Assembly: GCA_038523235.1 (NCBI GenBank)
Contig: JBCBJQ010000013.1
Span: 1-64,000 of the forward strand
Length of the DNA stretch: 64,000 bases
Direction of reading: 5' to 3'
Source of the DNA: Cyanobacteria bacterium J06626_4
GTDB lineage: Bacteria; Cyanobacteriota; Cyanobacteriia; Phormidesmidales; Phormidesmidaceae
The notes under the pieces were generated by a model that was not told the origin of the DNA, made no database searches, and saw only the letters and a list, made by a program, of their open reading frames with translations. The stretch's first letter is position 1, and the number at the start of each line of letters is the position of its first letter. Both the position numbers and the translations under genes were made by a program. Positions 21,202-31,299 of this stretch are shown here, one piece after another.

Positions 21202-21334
21202 CTGGGTGAATGACACCACCAACCCAAAGGTTTTTAAGTAGAATCTTTGGGTTTGGTGATGTTTCGGCGGTTACTGTCAAATCTTATGGGTTAAGCATTA
21301 ATCGCTGTTGTTCTAAATGTTATAGGGCGATCGC

Positions 21335-21580
21335 GTGGCTAAAAAAGAAGCAGAAGTCAAAGAAAAGAGCCGTGAGGCAGCGGCCAGTTCGTCTGCCTCT
21401 GGTGCAAACGCGGTAGCTTTTCTAAAGGGAACGAAAGAAGAGTTGGCTAAGGTGGTTTGGCCCTCTCGCCAGCAACTCATTAGCGAATCAGCCGCAGTCA
21501 TTTTGATGGTGAGTCTTTCGGCAACGGTGATCTACTTTATGGATCAGCTCTTTGGCTGGGCCTCTAGGCAGGTGTTCTAA
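21335..21580 (+). CDS. secE: Preprotein translocase subunit SecE
   Basis: FLKGTKEELAKVVWPSRQQL plus a single TM. Confidence 0.95.
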   Translation: MAKKEAEVKEKSREAAASSSASGANAVAFLKGTKEELAKVVWPSRQQLISESAAVILMVSLSATVIYFMDQLFGWASRQVF

Positions 21581-22219
21581 ATGGTTGCGGAAACAGAATT
21601 TCAACCCGATGATGGCTTGGAACAGGCGGAAGAGGGCAGTGATAAGCCAAAGAAGGGCTCTGCTCGGTGGTATGCCGTTCAGGTTGCTTCAGGTTGCGAA
21701 AAAAAGGTCAAGGCAAGTTTAGAGCAGCGCTTGAAGACTTTGGAAGTGGCTGACCGAGTTTTGCAGATTGAAATTCCTCAGACACCAGTCAAGAAAGTTC
21801 GTAAAGATGGCTCTCACCAAAATGTGGATGAGAAAGTCTTTCCTGGCTATGTCCTCATTCGGATGGTGATGGATGACGAAGCTTGGCAGGTCATCAAAAA
21901 TACGCCTCACATCATCAATTTTGTCGGCGCTGAGCAGCGGCGAGCCTATGGCCGCGGGCGGGGACACGTTAAACCCATGCCCCTCAGCCGCTCAGAAGTT
22001 GAGCGTATTTTCAAGCAAACCCAAGAGCAGCAGCCCGTTGTCAAAGTCGATATGGAGGCCGGCGATCGCATTTCTGTGCTGTCTGGGCCCTTCAAAGACT
22101 TTGAGGGCGAGGTGATTGAGGTGAGCCCCGAGCGGAGTAAGCTGAAGGCTTTGCTCTCTATCTTCGGGCGCGATACCCCGGTCGAATTAGAGTTTAATCA
22201 GGTACAGAAAGAGAGTTAA
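21581..22219 (+). CDS. nusG: Transcription termination/antitermination factor NusG
   Basis: WYAVQVASGCEKKV, KVFPGYVL, KOW SGPFKDFEG, IFGRDTPVEL. Confidence 0.97.
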   Translation: MVAETEFQPDDGLEQAEEGSDKPKKGSARWYAVQVASGCEKKVKASLEQRLKTLEVADRVLQIEIPQTPVKKVRKDGSHQNVDEKVFPGYVLIRMVMDDEAWQVIKNTPHIINFVGAEQRRAYGRGRGHVKPMPLSRSEVERIFKQTQEQQPVVKVDMEAGDRISVLSGPFKDFEGEVIEVSPERSKLKALLSIFGRDTPVELEFNQVQKES

Positions 22220-22222
22220 TCG

Positions 22223-22648
22223 ATGGCAAAGAAGGTTGTTGCACTGATTAAGTTAGCGATCCCGGCGGGAAAAGCTAACCCTGCGCCCCCCATTGGTCCC
22301 GCACTGGGTCAGCATGGCGTGAATATTATGGCGTTCTGCAAAGAATACAACGCCAAAACCTCTGACAAAGTGGGTTTGGTCGTACCGGTAGAAATTTCGG
22401 TTTTTGAAGACCGCAGTTTTACCTTTATTCTCAAAACGCCGCCAGCTTCCGTGCTGATCAAAAAAGCGATCGGCATTGAGAAAGGGTCAGGTCAACCCAA
22501 TAAAGAAAAAGTCGGCAGCATTACCCGTAGTCAAATCAAAGAGATTGCGGAAACCAAGATGCCTGACCTCAACGCCAACGACATTGAAGCAGCGATGCGG
22601 ATTGTCGAAGGCACCGCCCGTAACATGGGTGTCACCGTCGCCGACTAG
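22223..22648 (+). CDS. rplK: 50S ribosomal protein L11
   Basis: [25 protein letters not shown]. Confidence 0.98.
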   Translation: MAKKVVALIKLAIPAGKANPAPPIGPALGQHGVNIMAFCKEYNAKTSDKVGLVVPVEISVFEDRSFTFILKTPPASVLIKKAIGIEKGSGQPNKEKVGSITRSQIKEIAETKMPDLNANDIEAAMRIVEGTARNMGVTVAD

Positions 22649-22682
22649 TCGCGTCGCTGACCGTTCGTTTGTTCATCATCAC

Positions 22683-22712
22683 GGGGAAGAGGCATTGCTT
22701 CGTTCGTACCCC
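22683..22712 (+). promoter_or_regulatory. Putative L1-binding autoregulatory RNA before rplA
   Basis: GGGG-AAGAGGC-att-GCTTCGTTCGTA-CCCC hairpin with an internal loop, directly before the rplA SD (AAGGAG). Confidence 0.5.
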
Positions 22713-22726
22713 AAGGAGTCACAGTT

Positions 22727-23443
22727 ATGGTAAAGAAAGTTTCTAAGCGGCTGAGAGCTGCCCAAGAGAAGGTTGCAGATCGAGCCTATGAGCCTTTAGA
22801 AGCGCTCACTCTGTTAAAGGAAACCGCGACGGCAAAGTTTCCCGAGTCGGCTGAAGCCCACATTCGGCTGGGGATTGATCCCAAATATACTGACCAGCAG
22901 TTACGGACTACGGTGATTTTGCCCAAGGGCACAGGTCAGACGGTTCGAGTGGCGGTGATTGCTCGCGGCGAAAAGGTGGCAGAAGCCACGAATGCGGGAG
23001 CTGACCTCTCCGGCTCGGAAGAGCTGATCGAAGATATTCAAAAGGGGATGATGGATTTTGACGTCCTTATCGCGACCCCTGACATGATGCCGAAAATTGC
23101 CAAGCTGGGCCGCACCTTAGGCCCTCGAGGACTGATGCCCTCGCCCAAGGGGGGAACGGTGACAACTGACTTGGTTAGAGCTATTGAGGAATTCAAAGCA
23201 GGCAAATTAGAGTTCCGGGCTGACAAGAGCGGCATCGTTCACGTGCAGTTCGGCAAAGCCACGTTCGACCCCCAAGATTTGTTACTTAACCTCAAGGCCT
23301 TGCAGGAATGCGTTGATCGGAACAAGCCCTCCGGCGCCAAAGGTCGGTATTGGCGAACGATGTATATCTCTGCTACAATGGGTCCTTCCATTGAGTTGGA
23401 TATCAGTGCTCTGCGGGATTACAGCCTGGCAGACGCTGCTTAA
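22727..23443 (+). CDS. rplA: 50S ribosomal protein L1
   Basis: [35 protein letters not shown]. Confidence 0.98.
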   Translation: MVKKVSKRLRAAQEKVADRAYEPLEALTLLKETATAKFPESAEAHIRLGIDPKYTDQQLRTTVILPKGTGQTVRVAVIARGEKVAEATNAGADLSGSEELIEDIQKGMMDFDVLIATPDMMPKIAKLGRTLGPRGLMPSPKGGTVTTDLVRAIEEFKAGKLEFRADKSGIVHVQFGKATFDPQDLLLNLKALQECVDRNKPSGAKGRYWRTMYISATMGPSIELDISALRDYSLADAA

Positions 23444-23508
23444 GTTTTTTGTTGTTGTCAAAGGGAAAACGCTTCCGGCTAACCATTCAGTTCCCTAATT
23501 GAATATGT

Positions 23509-23633
23509 AACCGAAGACCGTAGGCCGATTGATAAGCCCTACCGAGGTTCAGAGCATAACTGCAAAGTCTCCCGTTACAAGCGGCGCAGGCCTTTGTCGG
23601 TTTCTGAAGCCTCGGCCCTGCCGGGGCTTTTTT
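23509..23633 (+). promoter_or_regulatory. L10 leader (r-protein autoregulatory RNA)
   Basis: CCGAAGACCGTAGG...CCCTACCGAGG and closing GCCTCGGCCCTGCCGGGGCTTTTTT upstream of rplJ. Confidence 0.8.
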
Positions 23634-23703
23634 GATCGCCTGTCTCACAACGCATCAAGCTGATTGTCGAGTGGATCTCAACCCCAAAGGAGGTGAGACC
23701 GAT

Positions 23704-24270
23704 ATGGGTAGAACACTAGAAAACAAGAAGGAGATTGTTGCCGAGCTGCAAGGCCTCTTGAGTCATTCACAGTTAGCTATTGTGATTGATTACAAAGGGC
23801 TATCAGTGGCGGAAATCTCTGATCTGCGTAATCGTCTGCGAGAAAAGGGTGCAGTCTGCAAAGTGACTAAAAACACTTTGATGCGGATTGCCGTTGAAGA
23901 AGACGATAACTGGAAACCGATGACGCAGTTCCTGAAGGACTCGTCTGCTTTCCTACTGGTTGAAGAAGACTTGGGTGGAGCCATTAAGGCCTATCAAAGC
24001 TTCCAGAAAGACACCAAGAAAACAACCCTTCGCGGCGGCGTGATGGAAGGGCGAGCCCTGACGAGCGACGACCTTGAAGCCATTACTAAGCTACCGACGC
24101 GTGAAGAGCTCATTGCTCGTATTGCTGGTGCAATCAATGCCGTGCCGACCAAGCTGGCAGTGGGTACCAAGGCGGTGCCAACCAAGTTGGCGGTGGGTGT
24201 CAAAGAAGTGCCGGCTTCTCTGGTACGGGCAGTCAAGGCCGTGTCCGAAAAAGAACAAGATGCTGCCTAG
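23704..24270 (+). CDS. rplJ: 50S ribosomal protein L10
   Basis: MGRTLENKKEIV, DYKGLSVAEISDLR, KVTKNTL; SD AAGGAGGTG. Confidence 0.97.
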   Translation: MGRTLENKKEIVAELQGLLSHSQLAIVIDYKGLSVAEISDLRNRLREKGAVCKVTKNTLMRIAVEEDDNWKPMTQFLKDSSAFLLVEEDLGGAIKAYQSFQKDTKKTTLRGGVMEGRALTSDDLEAITKLPTREELIARIAGAINAVPTKLAVGTKAVPTKLAVGVKEVPASLVRAVKAVSEKEQDAA

Positions 24271-24328
24271 TCCTGTCGGCATTGTTTTTGTCTGAAACGT
24301 TTTGTGATTCTTACTTAGGAGAGACCTC

Positions 24329-24733
24329 ATGTCTGAAAAAACTGATCAAATTCTCGAGCAGCTTAAGTCCATCTCTTTGCTCGAAGCTTCTGAACTGGTC
24401 AAGCAGATTGAAGAAGCTTTTGGTGTCGATGCGTCTGCCTCTAGTGGCGGTGGCATGATGATGATGCCCGGTATGATGGGCGGTGCTCCCGCTGCTGAAG
24501 CCGAGCCTGAAGAAGAGAAGACCGAATTCGATGTCGTGTTGGAAGAAGTTCCGTCTGACAAGAAGATCGCCATTCTCAAGGTGGTTCGCGGCATGACTGG
24601 CTTGGGCCTCAAGGAAGCCAAGGAAATTGTCGAATCGGCGCCTAAAGCCATCAAAGAAGGGGTCGCCAAAGGTGATGCTGAAGATGCCAAAAAGCAACTC
24701 GAAGATGCCGGTGCTAAGGTGACGCTGAAGTAA
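24329..24733 (+). CDS. rplL: 50S ribosomal protein L7/L12
   Basis: [35 protein letters not shown]. Confidence 0.98.
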   Translation: MSEKTDQILEQLKSISLLEASELVKQIEEAFGVDASASSGGGMMMMPGMMGGAPAAEAEPEEEKTEFDVVLEEVPSDKKIAILKVVRGMTGLGLKEAKEIVESAPKAIKEGVAKGDAEDAKKQLEDAGAKVTLK

Positions 24734-24756
24734 GCGCTTTCAATATCCGCGCTGCT

Positions 24757-24792
24757 AGCCCCTACAGCCATATTCTGGCTGTAGGGGCTTTT
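24757..24792 (+). terminator. Intrinsic terminator after rplL
   Basis: AGCCCCTACAGCCA-tattc-TGGCTGTAGGGGCT followed by TTT. Confidence 0.85.
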
Positions 24793-24975
24793 GGTGACGC
24801 CAATTCTGCCTGGCAAATCACTGCTCATATGTGGCTGCAGCAGGGAGCAGATAATACCTTCAGCAGAGGCAAGACACTGACTTTTGGCAGATCTGGTCAC
24901 GCCTGAGTACTGTTCATCAAAGGCGGGAGCATCCCTTGGTAGGATACGGGAGACCCTTTGGTATGTGAGCACAAA

Positions 24976-25269
24976 ATGTCTGAGTCTACCCAAAGTACGA
25001 CCGGAGCCGACGCAGTTGATGAGGCGATCGCTCAAGGCCTTGATCTCGACGGGAGTCCGATTCCGGTCAATAAGTTGGACTTGTATAAAACAGTGATGGC
25101 CAAAGAAGAAGGCCGTCAACGCAGTGGTGTACAAAACACCATGCGATCGCGGATTGTCCGCATTGGTGCCAAGCACTTTGCCCAAGGCGACCTTAATCAA
25201 ATGCTGCTAGATGCTGAGTTTGTTCCGCTCAAAGAGAAAGAGATCGCCTTCTACTATGGCGGTAAATAA
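24976..25269 (+). CDS. DUF4090 / ssr1528-family protein
   Basis: TGADAVDEAIAQGLDLDGSPIP, RQRSGV...MRSRIVRIGAKH, LKEKEIAFYY. Confidence 0.8.
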   Translation: MSESTQSTTGADAVDEAIAQGLDLDGSPIPVNKLDLYKTVMAKEEGRQRSGVQNTMRSRIVRIGAKHFAQGDLNQMLLDAEFVPLKEKEIAFYYGGK

Positions 25270-25305
25270 GCAGTAAGGGGACTCCAATCCAGACAGTGCG
25301 GTATA

Positions 25306-25398
25306 TATAGTGATTCCAGTTAAGAATGAGAACAGAACGCCGTTTCAAGCCTTGATATGCCGTTCTCCTTATTCTCAAACTTATGTCGAATGACTATA
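25306..25398. repeat. MITE-like imperfect palindrome with TATAG ends
   Basis: TATAGTGATTC...GAATGACTATA termini with internal complementarity (TAAGAATGAGAA / TTCTCAAACTTA). Confidence 0.55.
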
Positions 25399-25533
25399 GA
25401 GAGTACGCTTAGCGCTTGCCAGTTCAGTCTTGAGGGATTTATTCAAAAATAGTGTCTTGATCGCAGGGTTGGGGCACTTCTTTCCCTGGCAGAAAGCAGT
25501 TCTATACCAGGAAATGACTTAAGCACAAAGTCC

Positions 25534-26607
25534 TCAGGAGACTTCACTGCCCCCCGGTTGCTTGAGCTGGCTGATTAAGTCAGCTCTTTTAGTATTCAGC
25601 TCGCGCTCGACCATCAACATGGAACGCTGAAGTTCACGGAAATGAGGGCCTGTGGGTTCTGTTTCTAGAAGACGATTTAGCGCCATGAGGTGAGCTGTGG
25701 ATAAGGTCAGCTCTGCAGGCACCTTTACATCGGGGATGATCCCGGTCTGTGCCCAGTTATCTTGAGTCACTGGATTAATCGATTGTCCCGTGGGCACAAA
25801 CATCCAAAAATGCTCCTGCAAGCGGTAGCCCTGACCAGGGTTAGCCCCACCGGCAGTGTGTTCACCCACGATGATGGCTCGCTTCAACACCTGCAGGTTA
25901 TAGGCAAACTCTTCAGCGGCGGAGAAGGTCTCTTGGCTGGTAAGCAGGTAGACCGGTTTTTGCAGATAGCGCGGCGCATTGAGGTAGGGTACTGTCCACC
26001 ACTGGCGGGTGCTGTCGTCAGGCCGCCAATATAAATCATTGAGGTGAGTGGGCGGATACGCCGGCAGCAAGTAGCTGCAAAGCAGCGCCACCATGGCGGG
26101 AGAACCACCCCGGTTATGGCGAATATCAATGATGAGGGCCTGGGTATGCGCGACGAAGGTCATCGCTGCCGCGATCGCCTCGCCAGCGAAGTCGGGGGGC
26201 TCAAATCCATAAAGCTCTAAATAGCCGACATTGCCTCGCAGGCGCTCAACTCGATTGAGGTCAAAATTGCGCAGACCGCTTTGATACTTTTCCGTCGCGA
26301 GGGCCTCAGGTGTGGGCATCGCTGCTGGCTTAAGATCGGGCAGCGGTTGAGCACTGAAGTGAACTTTTAGCTGGCGATCGCCCGATAGCTCTTGCAGTTG
26401 CAACGTCAGTACGTTAGCGAGCTGCTCGCCACCGGTGATATCGGCGTAGCCTTGGTCAGCTCGGCGCTGCTGAATGTCGGCCTGGAGCTGCTCAGCGACG
26501 TCCGGAAAAACGTACTGCTTTAGGGTGGCCGCCACCGCATCTAACACTGCTGAGCGCTGAGCTGCCTCTAATACGAAATCGGTCGCGTCGGAATAGTTTG
26601 AGGTCAT
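25534..26607 (-). CDS. S41 family peptidase (IRBP-like)
   Basis: GNVGYLEL, LIIDIRHNRGG, TFSAAEEFAYNL, VGEHTAGGANP. Confidence 0.9.
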   Translation of the reverse strand: MTSNYSDATDFVLEAAQRSAVLDAVAATLKQYVFPDVAEQLQADIQQRRADQGYADITGGEQLANVLTLQLQELSGDRQLKVHFSAQPLPDLKPAAMPTPEALATEKYQSGLRNFDLNRVERLRGNVGYLELYGFEPPDFAGEAIAAAMTFVAHTQALIIDIRHNRGGSPAMVALLCSYLLPAYPPTHLNDLYWRPDDSTRQWWTVPYLNAPRYLQKPVYLLTSQETFSAAEEFAYNLQVLKRAIIVGEHTAGGANPGQGYRLQEHFWMFVPTGQSINPVTQDNWAQTGIIPDVKVPAELTLSTAHLMALNRLLETEPTGPHFRELQRSMLMVERELNTKRADLISQLKQPGGSEVS

Positions 26608-26688
26608 CGATCAGGCTGTTGACGAAGTGAGCGAGTGGCCGCGATGCAACATCGGTTCGCGGGCAGATAGGGCAAGATTGTAGGTCTC

Positions 26689-27306
26689 CTACTGGGTGCG
26701 AATGCGAGCGGTAGGGGGCGTATTGACCGTGCCTAATCGGGACTTGAGCTGTTGAGCCCGCAGCAGCTCGGGATAGCTCATGCCGCCCCGTCCTTCTATT
26801 AGCGGGACGGTTTCGATCGCCTCTAGCAGATGCCGCACCGCATCACGCTCCGAGTAGCCCCGGCGCTGCGCCACTCGAATGGCCGTATCATCAGCATCCA
26901 GCTTCGCCTGATTCCCTGTATTAGAGCGCCAAACCTGACTGGCCGCGATCGCGGTCAAGCCCCCCGCTGCGACAATCCCGACAGCATCTGTTTGAAACAA
27001 CTCAAAAATTGTACCTAGCAATCCCACTGCCGCCACGCCCTGATAGAGCTCAGGTTTGACCAACTTGACTGACATGAGCCAGCAAACCTGGTGGAGAAAG
27101 AGTAAATCTCGCTGGGAAACCGTCAGCTCCTGCCACAGGCCCCAGTTGATGGTGATGACATGGCTGCGCTGCCAAGGTCGTGGGAACGGGGTTTCGACGA
27201 CAGTCGATTGCCGATCTTCGATCGCAATCCGAGTTTTCATTCGCCCAGATGCAGGCATTAAATCTTTTAGGCGGGTAATTTCAGCGTTGGTATTAACCAC
27301 AGACAA
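26689..27306 (-). CDS. Conserved cyanobacterial protein (DUF3318-like)
   Basis: EITRLKDLMPASGRM, QRDLLFLH, DADDTAIRVAQRRGY. Confidence 0.75.
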   Translation of the reverse strand: MSVVNTNAEITRLKDLMPASGRMKTRIAIEDRQSTVVETPFPRPWQRSHVITINWGLWQELTVSQRDLLFLHQVCWLMSVKLVKPELYQGVAAVGLLGTIFELFQTDAVGIVAAGGLTAIAASQVWRSNTGNQAKLDADDTAIRVAQRRGYSERDAVRHLLEAIETVPLIEGRGGMSYPELLRAQQLKSRLGTVNTPPTARIRTQ

Positions 27307-27375
27307 AACCTCAAACCCTGTCTCTACAGATTACTGAGCAAAGACTGTGAAGAAAATAATCTTAGCGCAAGGTGG

Positions 27376-27984
27376 CTACAGAATTGTGAGGGTGTCGGAT
27401 AGCGTCGAGAGCACCTGGGGCACCTGAGGCTCGGCTGATTCTAAAGCCGCGATCGTCAGCAAATAAACGGTAGCCCCCTGCTGCTTGGCTAAAACAGTTC
27501 CACTGACGGGCTGAGGGGGAGCGTTACCCCGGCTTAACCGACCGGACCAGGGGATTTGTAACCCGCCCTCGGGAACCGGAATAAAGCTTTGAGTCTGAAA
27601 CCCTTCACCGTTGCCGAGAGTTTGTTGAGCGAGAGCGACCAGACCGATATCAGAGACCGGGCCGTCGCTGGCGAGGGGGATACGGACAACGCCGTAAGCG
27701 AGGCTGCCGTCAGCGGTTTGAAAGAGGGGCGACCCTGATACTGAACTAACCGTCACCCCATCCAGAATGCCAATCTGAAAGTTGCCTTGGGGATCTTCGT
27801 ACACCCCACTGATCGAGGCCGCAGCGGACTCTAAAACGGGCAATTCTTCAGTTGTTGCTTGAGCCAATGGTAGAGGCTCTGAGGAGATCGCCCCACTGTT
27901 GGCCTGCCAGCTTTGCCCGATCCATAAAGAGAGGGCTAAGGCGATCGCGGCCAGGCCCATCCATCCCATTGACCGTCGATTCAT
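27376..27984 (-). CDS. Hypothetical exported protein
   Basis: N-terminal signal/TM segment followed by a soluble domain (YEDPQGNFQIGIL). Confidence 0.65.
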   Translation of the reverse strand: MNRRSMGWMGLAAIALALSLWIGQSWQANSGAISSEPLPLAQATTEELPVLESAAASISGVYEDPQGNFQIGILDGVTVSSVSGSPLFQTADGSLAYGVVRIPLASDGPVSDIGLVALAQQTLGNGEGFQTQSFIPVPEGGLQIPWSGRLSRGNAPPQPVSGTVLAKQQGATVYLLTIAALESAEPQVPQVLSTLSDTLTIL

Positions 27985-28064
27985 CGTTTTCAGGCTCCTC
28001 TGCGCCGCCAAGGTTACGGCACTAGCTTACCGAGGATTGCGATGATCGGCTAAGGATGCAGCAA

Positions 28065-29279
28065 TTATTGATGACAGAACGACTCAACACATCGCACAAA
28101 CATTTCTACCCCGGTGGAGAGGGCCGCTTCGTCAAAGTCAAAGCGGGGATGATGGTGGGGATAGGCCAAGCCTTTGGTCTGATTCGCTGACCCTAAAAAG
28201 AAGTAACACCCTGGCACTGCCTTGAGAAAGAAAGACATATCTTCTCCGCCCATGGTTTGGCAGTCGGGCACAACACCGGCTGGGGTCTCAACGACCGATA
28301 AGGCCATTGAGCGGACTAGCCCAGTAATCTCAGAATCGTTAACGACTGCAGGATACAGCGGATTATAGTCGAGTTCGTAGGTGGCGCCATGGGCCTGGCA
28401 AACGCCACTGATAATCTGATTGAGTCGAGCTTCAAAAAATCCCTCATAGGCGGCATCAAAATACCGCACTGTACCGCTCAGTCGCGCCTGATCGGCAATC
28501 ACATTAACGGCTGAGCCCGCATGGAGTTCACCCAAGGTAACGACGGCTGACTTGAGCGGATCAACATTGCGCGCCACGATGGTTTGAATTGCGTTTACCA
28601 CCTGGGCCGCTACCACAATCGAGTCTACGGTTTGATGCGGAATCGCCCCGTGTCCGCCTCGCCCTTTGAGGGTGCAGTGAAAAAATTCGGTGGCGGCCAT
28701 AAACGGCCCGCTTTTAACCCCCACTGTGCCTACCGGCAAATTATTCCAGAGATGCAGGCCAATAATGGCATCGACGTTGGGATTTTCTAAAGCCCCGGCC
28801 TCAATCATCGGCTTCGCGCCGCCCGGCCCTTCTTCTGCCGGTTGAAAAATAATTTTTACCGTGCCGCTAAAGCTGTCGCGATGCTGAGCCAGGTAATAGG
28901 CTGTACCGAGGGCGATCGCTACATGACCATCATGACCACAGGCATGCATCACCCCGGCTTGCTGTGAACGATAGTCAACCTCATTCATCTCGTGAATTGG
29001 CAAGGCATCCATATCAGCTCGGATGGCAAGCACCGGGCCCGGGCGATGTCCAGGAATGACTGCAACAATGCCGGTTTTAGCCACACCCCGCCGGTGTTCG
29101 ATACCCCAGTCAGACAGTTTTTGGCTGATGAAATCAGCCGTCTGGGTTTCGTTGAAGGCCAGTTCGGGGCGTTGGTGAATTTGCCGACGCCATAGGGTGA
29201 CCTGCGGCTGCAGCTGCCGAACCGACAGTCGAACGCCACTGAGGGTAGGTGTAGAAGTCGGAAAAACCGTTGAAATCAT
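28065..29279 (-). CDS. M20D amidohydrolase (N-acyl-L-amino acid amidohydrolase)
   Basis: RADMDALP, MHACGHDGH, FQPAEEG, GRGGHGA, MGGEDMS, HHHPRFDFDE. Confidence 0.93.
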   Translation of the reverse strand: MISTVFPTSTPTLSGVRLSVRQLQPQVTLWRRQIHQRPELAFNETQTADFISQKLSDWGIEHRRGVAKTGIVAVIPGHRPGPVLAIRADMDALPIHEMNEVDYRSQQAGVMHACGHDGHVAIALGTAYYLAQHRDSFSGTVKIIFQPAEEGPGGAKPMIEAGALENPNVDAIIGLHLWNNLPVGTVGVKSGPFMAATEFFHCTLKGRGGHGAIPHQTVDSIVVAAQVVNAIQTIVARNVDPLKSAVVTLGELHAGSAVNVIADQARLSGTVRYFDAAYEGFFEARLNQIISGVCQAHGATYELDYNPLYPAVVNDSEITGLVRSMALSVVETPAGVVPDCQTMGGEDMSFFLKAVPGCYFFLGSANQTKGLAYPHHHPRFDFDEAALSTGVEMFVRCVESFCHQ

Positions 29280-30167
29280 GATGGTGTAGACTAGCTTGCT
29301 GCAATGAAAGTGAGCTGGATGAAGCTGAATACGCTGCTCGTGACAGCGACGTTGGGCCATTTTGCCTGAACTGCGCCGCTCAGAGGGAGATATGAACGAT
29401 CACAATGGATTTTGTATTCCCTGAGGTGGCCAAAATCGCGACGTTTCCCAATGAGATCAGCGGCAGCAGATTAATTAACTGATCCTAACTTGCCTCGTTG
29501 GAGTTGGGCAGATGACGCCTGTGAGTTGCTAAGTTGCAGCCTGTCGTCGATCTTTTACGGGTACTAATCACTGGAAAAAATCCAGCTTTTGCTATTTAAA
29601 ATCACCTCACCCAGTTATTTGGATACTCATAATCAGACTCCAATCATTATGAAAGACTGCTAATGACATAGATGTGATCCCAGTCTCTTTGTTAAGTCAA
29701 TTTTTCATGAAGCAACTCCGTAAAATTACGGACAAAAACGCGGTCTTCATCTCAGCTTCATCAAATACTCACAGGAAATTTCAAGAGATCCGGAAAAATC
29801 CACCCTTTCAGTTGGCCAAACACTGGGGGTTTCATCAACTGCTGGGATTAAATGGAGATGCTGCTGGGGGTTGGACAGACCTGTGAAGCCTTCCTTAACT
29901 TTGCAGATTTTTCATGGAAAAAGTTTAGAAAATTCTGGCAATTTTTCTCGACCAAAATCTTTTGCTAGCCTGCCTCATGGCAACGCTGGGTTCTATTTAG
30001 AGTCCCGACCAACCTTCAGGGATTTGGCGTTTTGCATGGATGCGGCACGGTTCCACCCATTAAACGGCAGAGCCCAAATAGGAGAGTCAGGAATAACGAC
30101 TTTCCTATTTTGTGATGTCAAGGGCATGCCCCATATCAACCACCAGTCTCAAGTTCTGTCTGAATGC

Positions 30168-30205
30168 AAAAAGGGGAAATGCTCTCAATAGCATTTCCCC
30201 TTTTT
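30168..30205. terminator. Bidirectional intrinsic terminator
   Basis: AAAAAGGGGAAATGCT-ctcaat-AGCATTTCCCCTTTTT. Confidence 0.85.
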
Positions 30206-30260
30206 GTACTGGCAGTCTAATCAGAGTTGGTGTCAGCCATGCTGACTACACGCTCACCCG

Positions 30261-30941
30261 CTAACGGCGACCTAGCAGTAAAAAGACATAGTAGAGCAGG
30301 TTTAACAGGGCGTAGAAAGCGGTTGCCACGTAGGTTAAAGCCGCTGCTTGCAAGACGGCGCGGGCTCCTTTATTTTCTTCGCCCTGCAGGATACCGTATT
30401 CGTCAATCAGCTTCAGCGCCCGCTTAGAAGCGTCAAATTCCACCGGCAAGGTCACAACATGAAACAAGAGTACTGCCGCAAAAAATAAGATGCCCAGCCA
30501 GGCCAAGCCCAAGAAATTGAGAATCAAACCGGCGATGATGAGAATTGGGCCTAATCGAGACCCTAAGTTGACGGCGGGCACTAAAGTTGCCCGGACATTC
30601 ATGAATTTGTAATCTTCCACGTCTTGTAAGACATGACCGCACTCATGAGCGGCTACGGCTGCTGCCGCCAGGGAAGTTGAGTTGTAGATCCCTTGGGATA
30701 GACGAACGGCCTTAGCACCCGGATCGTAGTGGTCAGTCAGCTCTCCCGCAACCTGCTCTACCCGTACGCCCTGAACACCCATTTTCGACAAAATGGTTTG
30801 AGCTACCTGAGCACCGGTCATGCCCATGGTGGAAGGAACTTGAGAATAGCGACGATACGTGCCCTTAACCTTGTTCTGAGCCCACAGGGTTACTAACAAG
30901 CCGGGGATCATAAAAAACAGGTATGTCGGATCAAAGAACAT
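30261..30941 (-). CDS. Neutral zinc metallopeptidase (YugP-like)
   Basis: LTDHYDP, VAAHECGH (HExxH), VTLPVEFDASKRA, AAALTYVA. Confidence 0.9.
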   Translation of the reverse strand: MFFDPTYLFFMIPGLLVTLWAQNKVKGTYRRYSQVPSTMGMTGAQVAQTILSKMGVQGVRVEQVAGELTDHYDPGAKAVRLSQGIYNSTSLAAAAVAAHECGHVLQDVEDYKFMNVRATLVPAVNLGSRLGPILIIAGLILNFLGLAWLGILFFAAVLLFHVVTLPVEFDASKRALKLIDEYGILQGEENKGARAVLQAAALTYVATAFYALLNLLYYVFLLLGRR

Positions 30942-31299
30942 CAGCAATCTACCTAGTTCAACAAATAGCCCAAGCAATCAACATAAACGGGGGCTTTTCA
31001 ATCAATTTATCTCAATTTTTTGCATTTGAGGAGCGGTTTGCTCACTGATAGGTGCGACTAACCCCTAGCGCAAGTTGGGGATTTTGAGCAAGCTGACGAG
31101 ATGTATCTGCACAGCCGTTTTCTACCCGAGAGCAGCTGACTGCCCCTGGGGCTATTACCCACCGTGAACTCGACATCGTGAACCTCAAACTTCAGTCTCA
31201 AGCGACCGATTTCAGCTCCTTGTCAAAATAGAACTCCCGATATTCTCCAGCCGGCATACCCTGAGACTGACTGCTCGATCGCCCTCTTTCCCTTGTGCC

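Noticed and set aside
21129..21260. tRNA-Trp as an integration site
   Set aside because: It sits in the normal rplS-trnW-secE context, and I saw no duplicated 3' end or integrase
24346..25200. 284-aa minus-strand ORF
   Set aside because: Antisense shadow of rplL and the DUF4090 gene, with no recognisable motifs
29871..30191. 106-aa plus-strand ORF
   Set aside because: TTG start, no motifs, and it runs into the terminator hairpin; not supportable as a CDS
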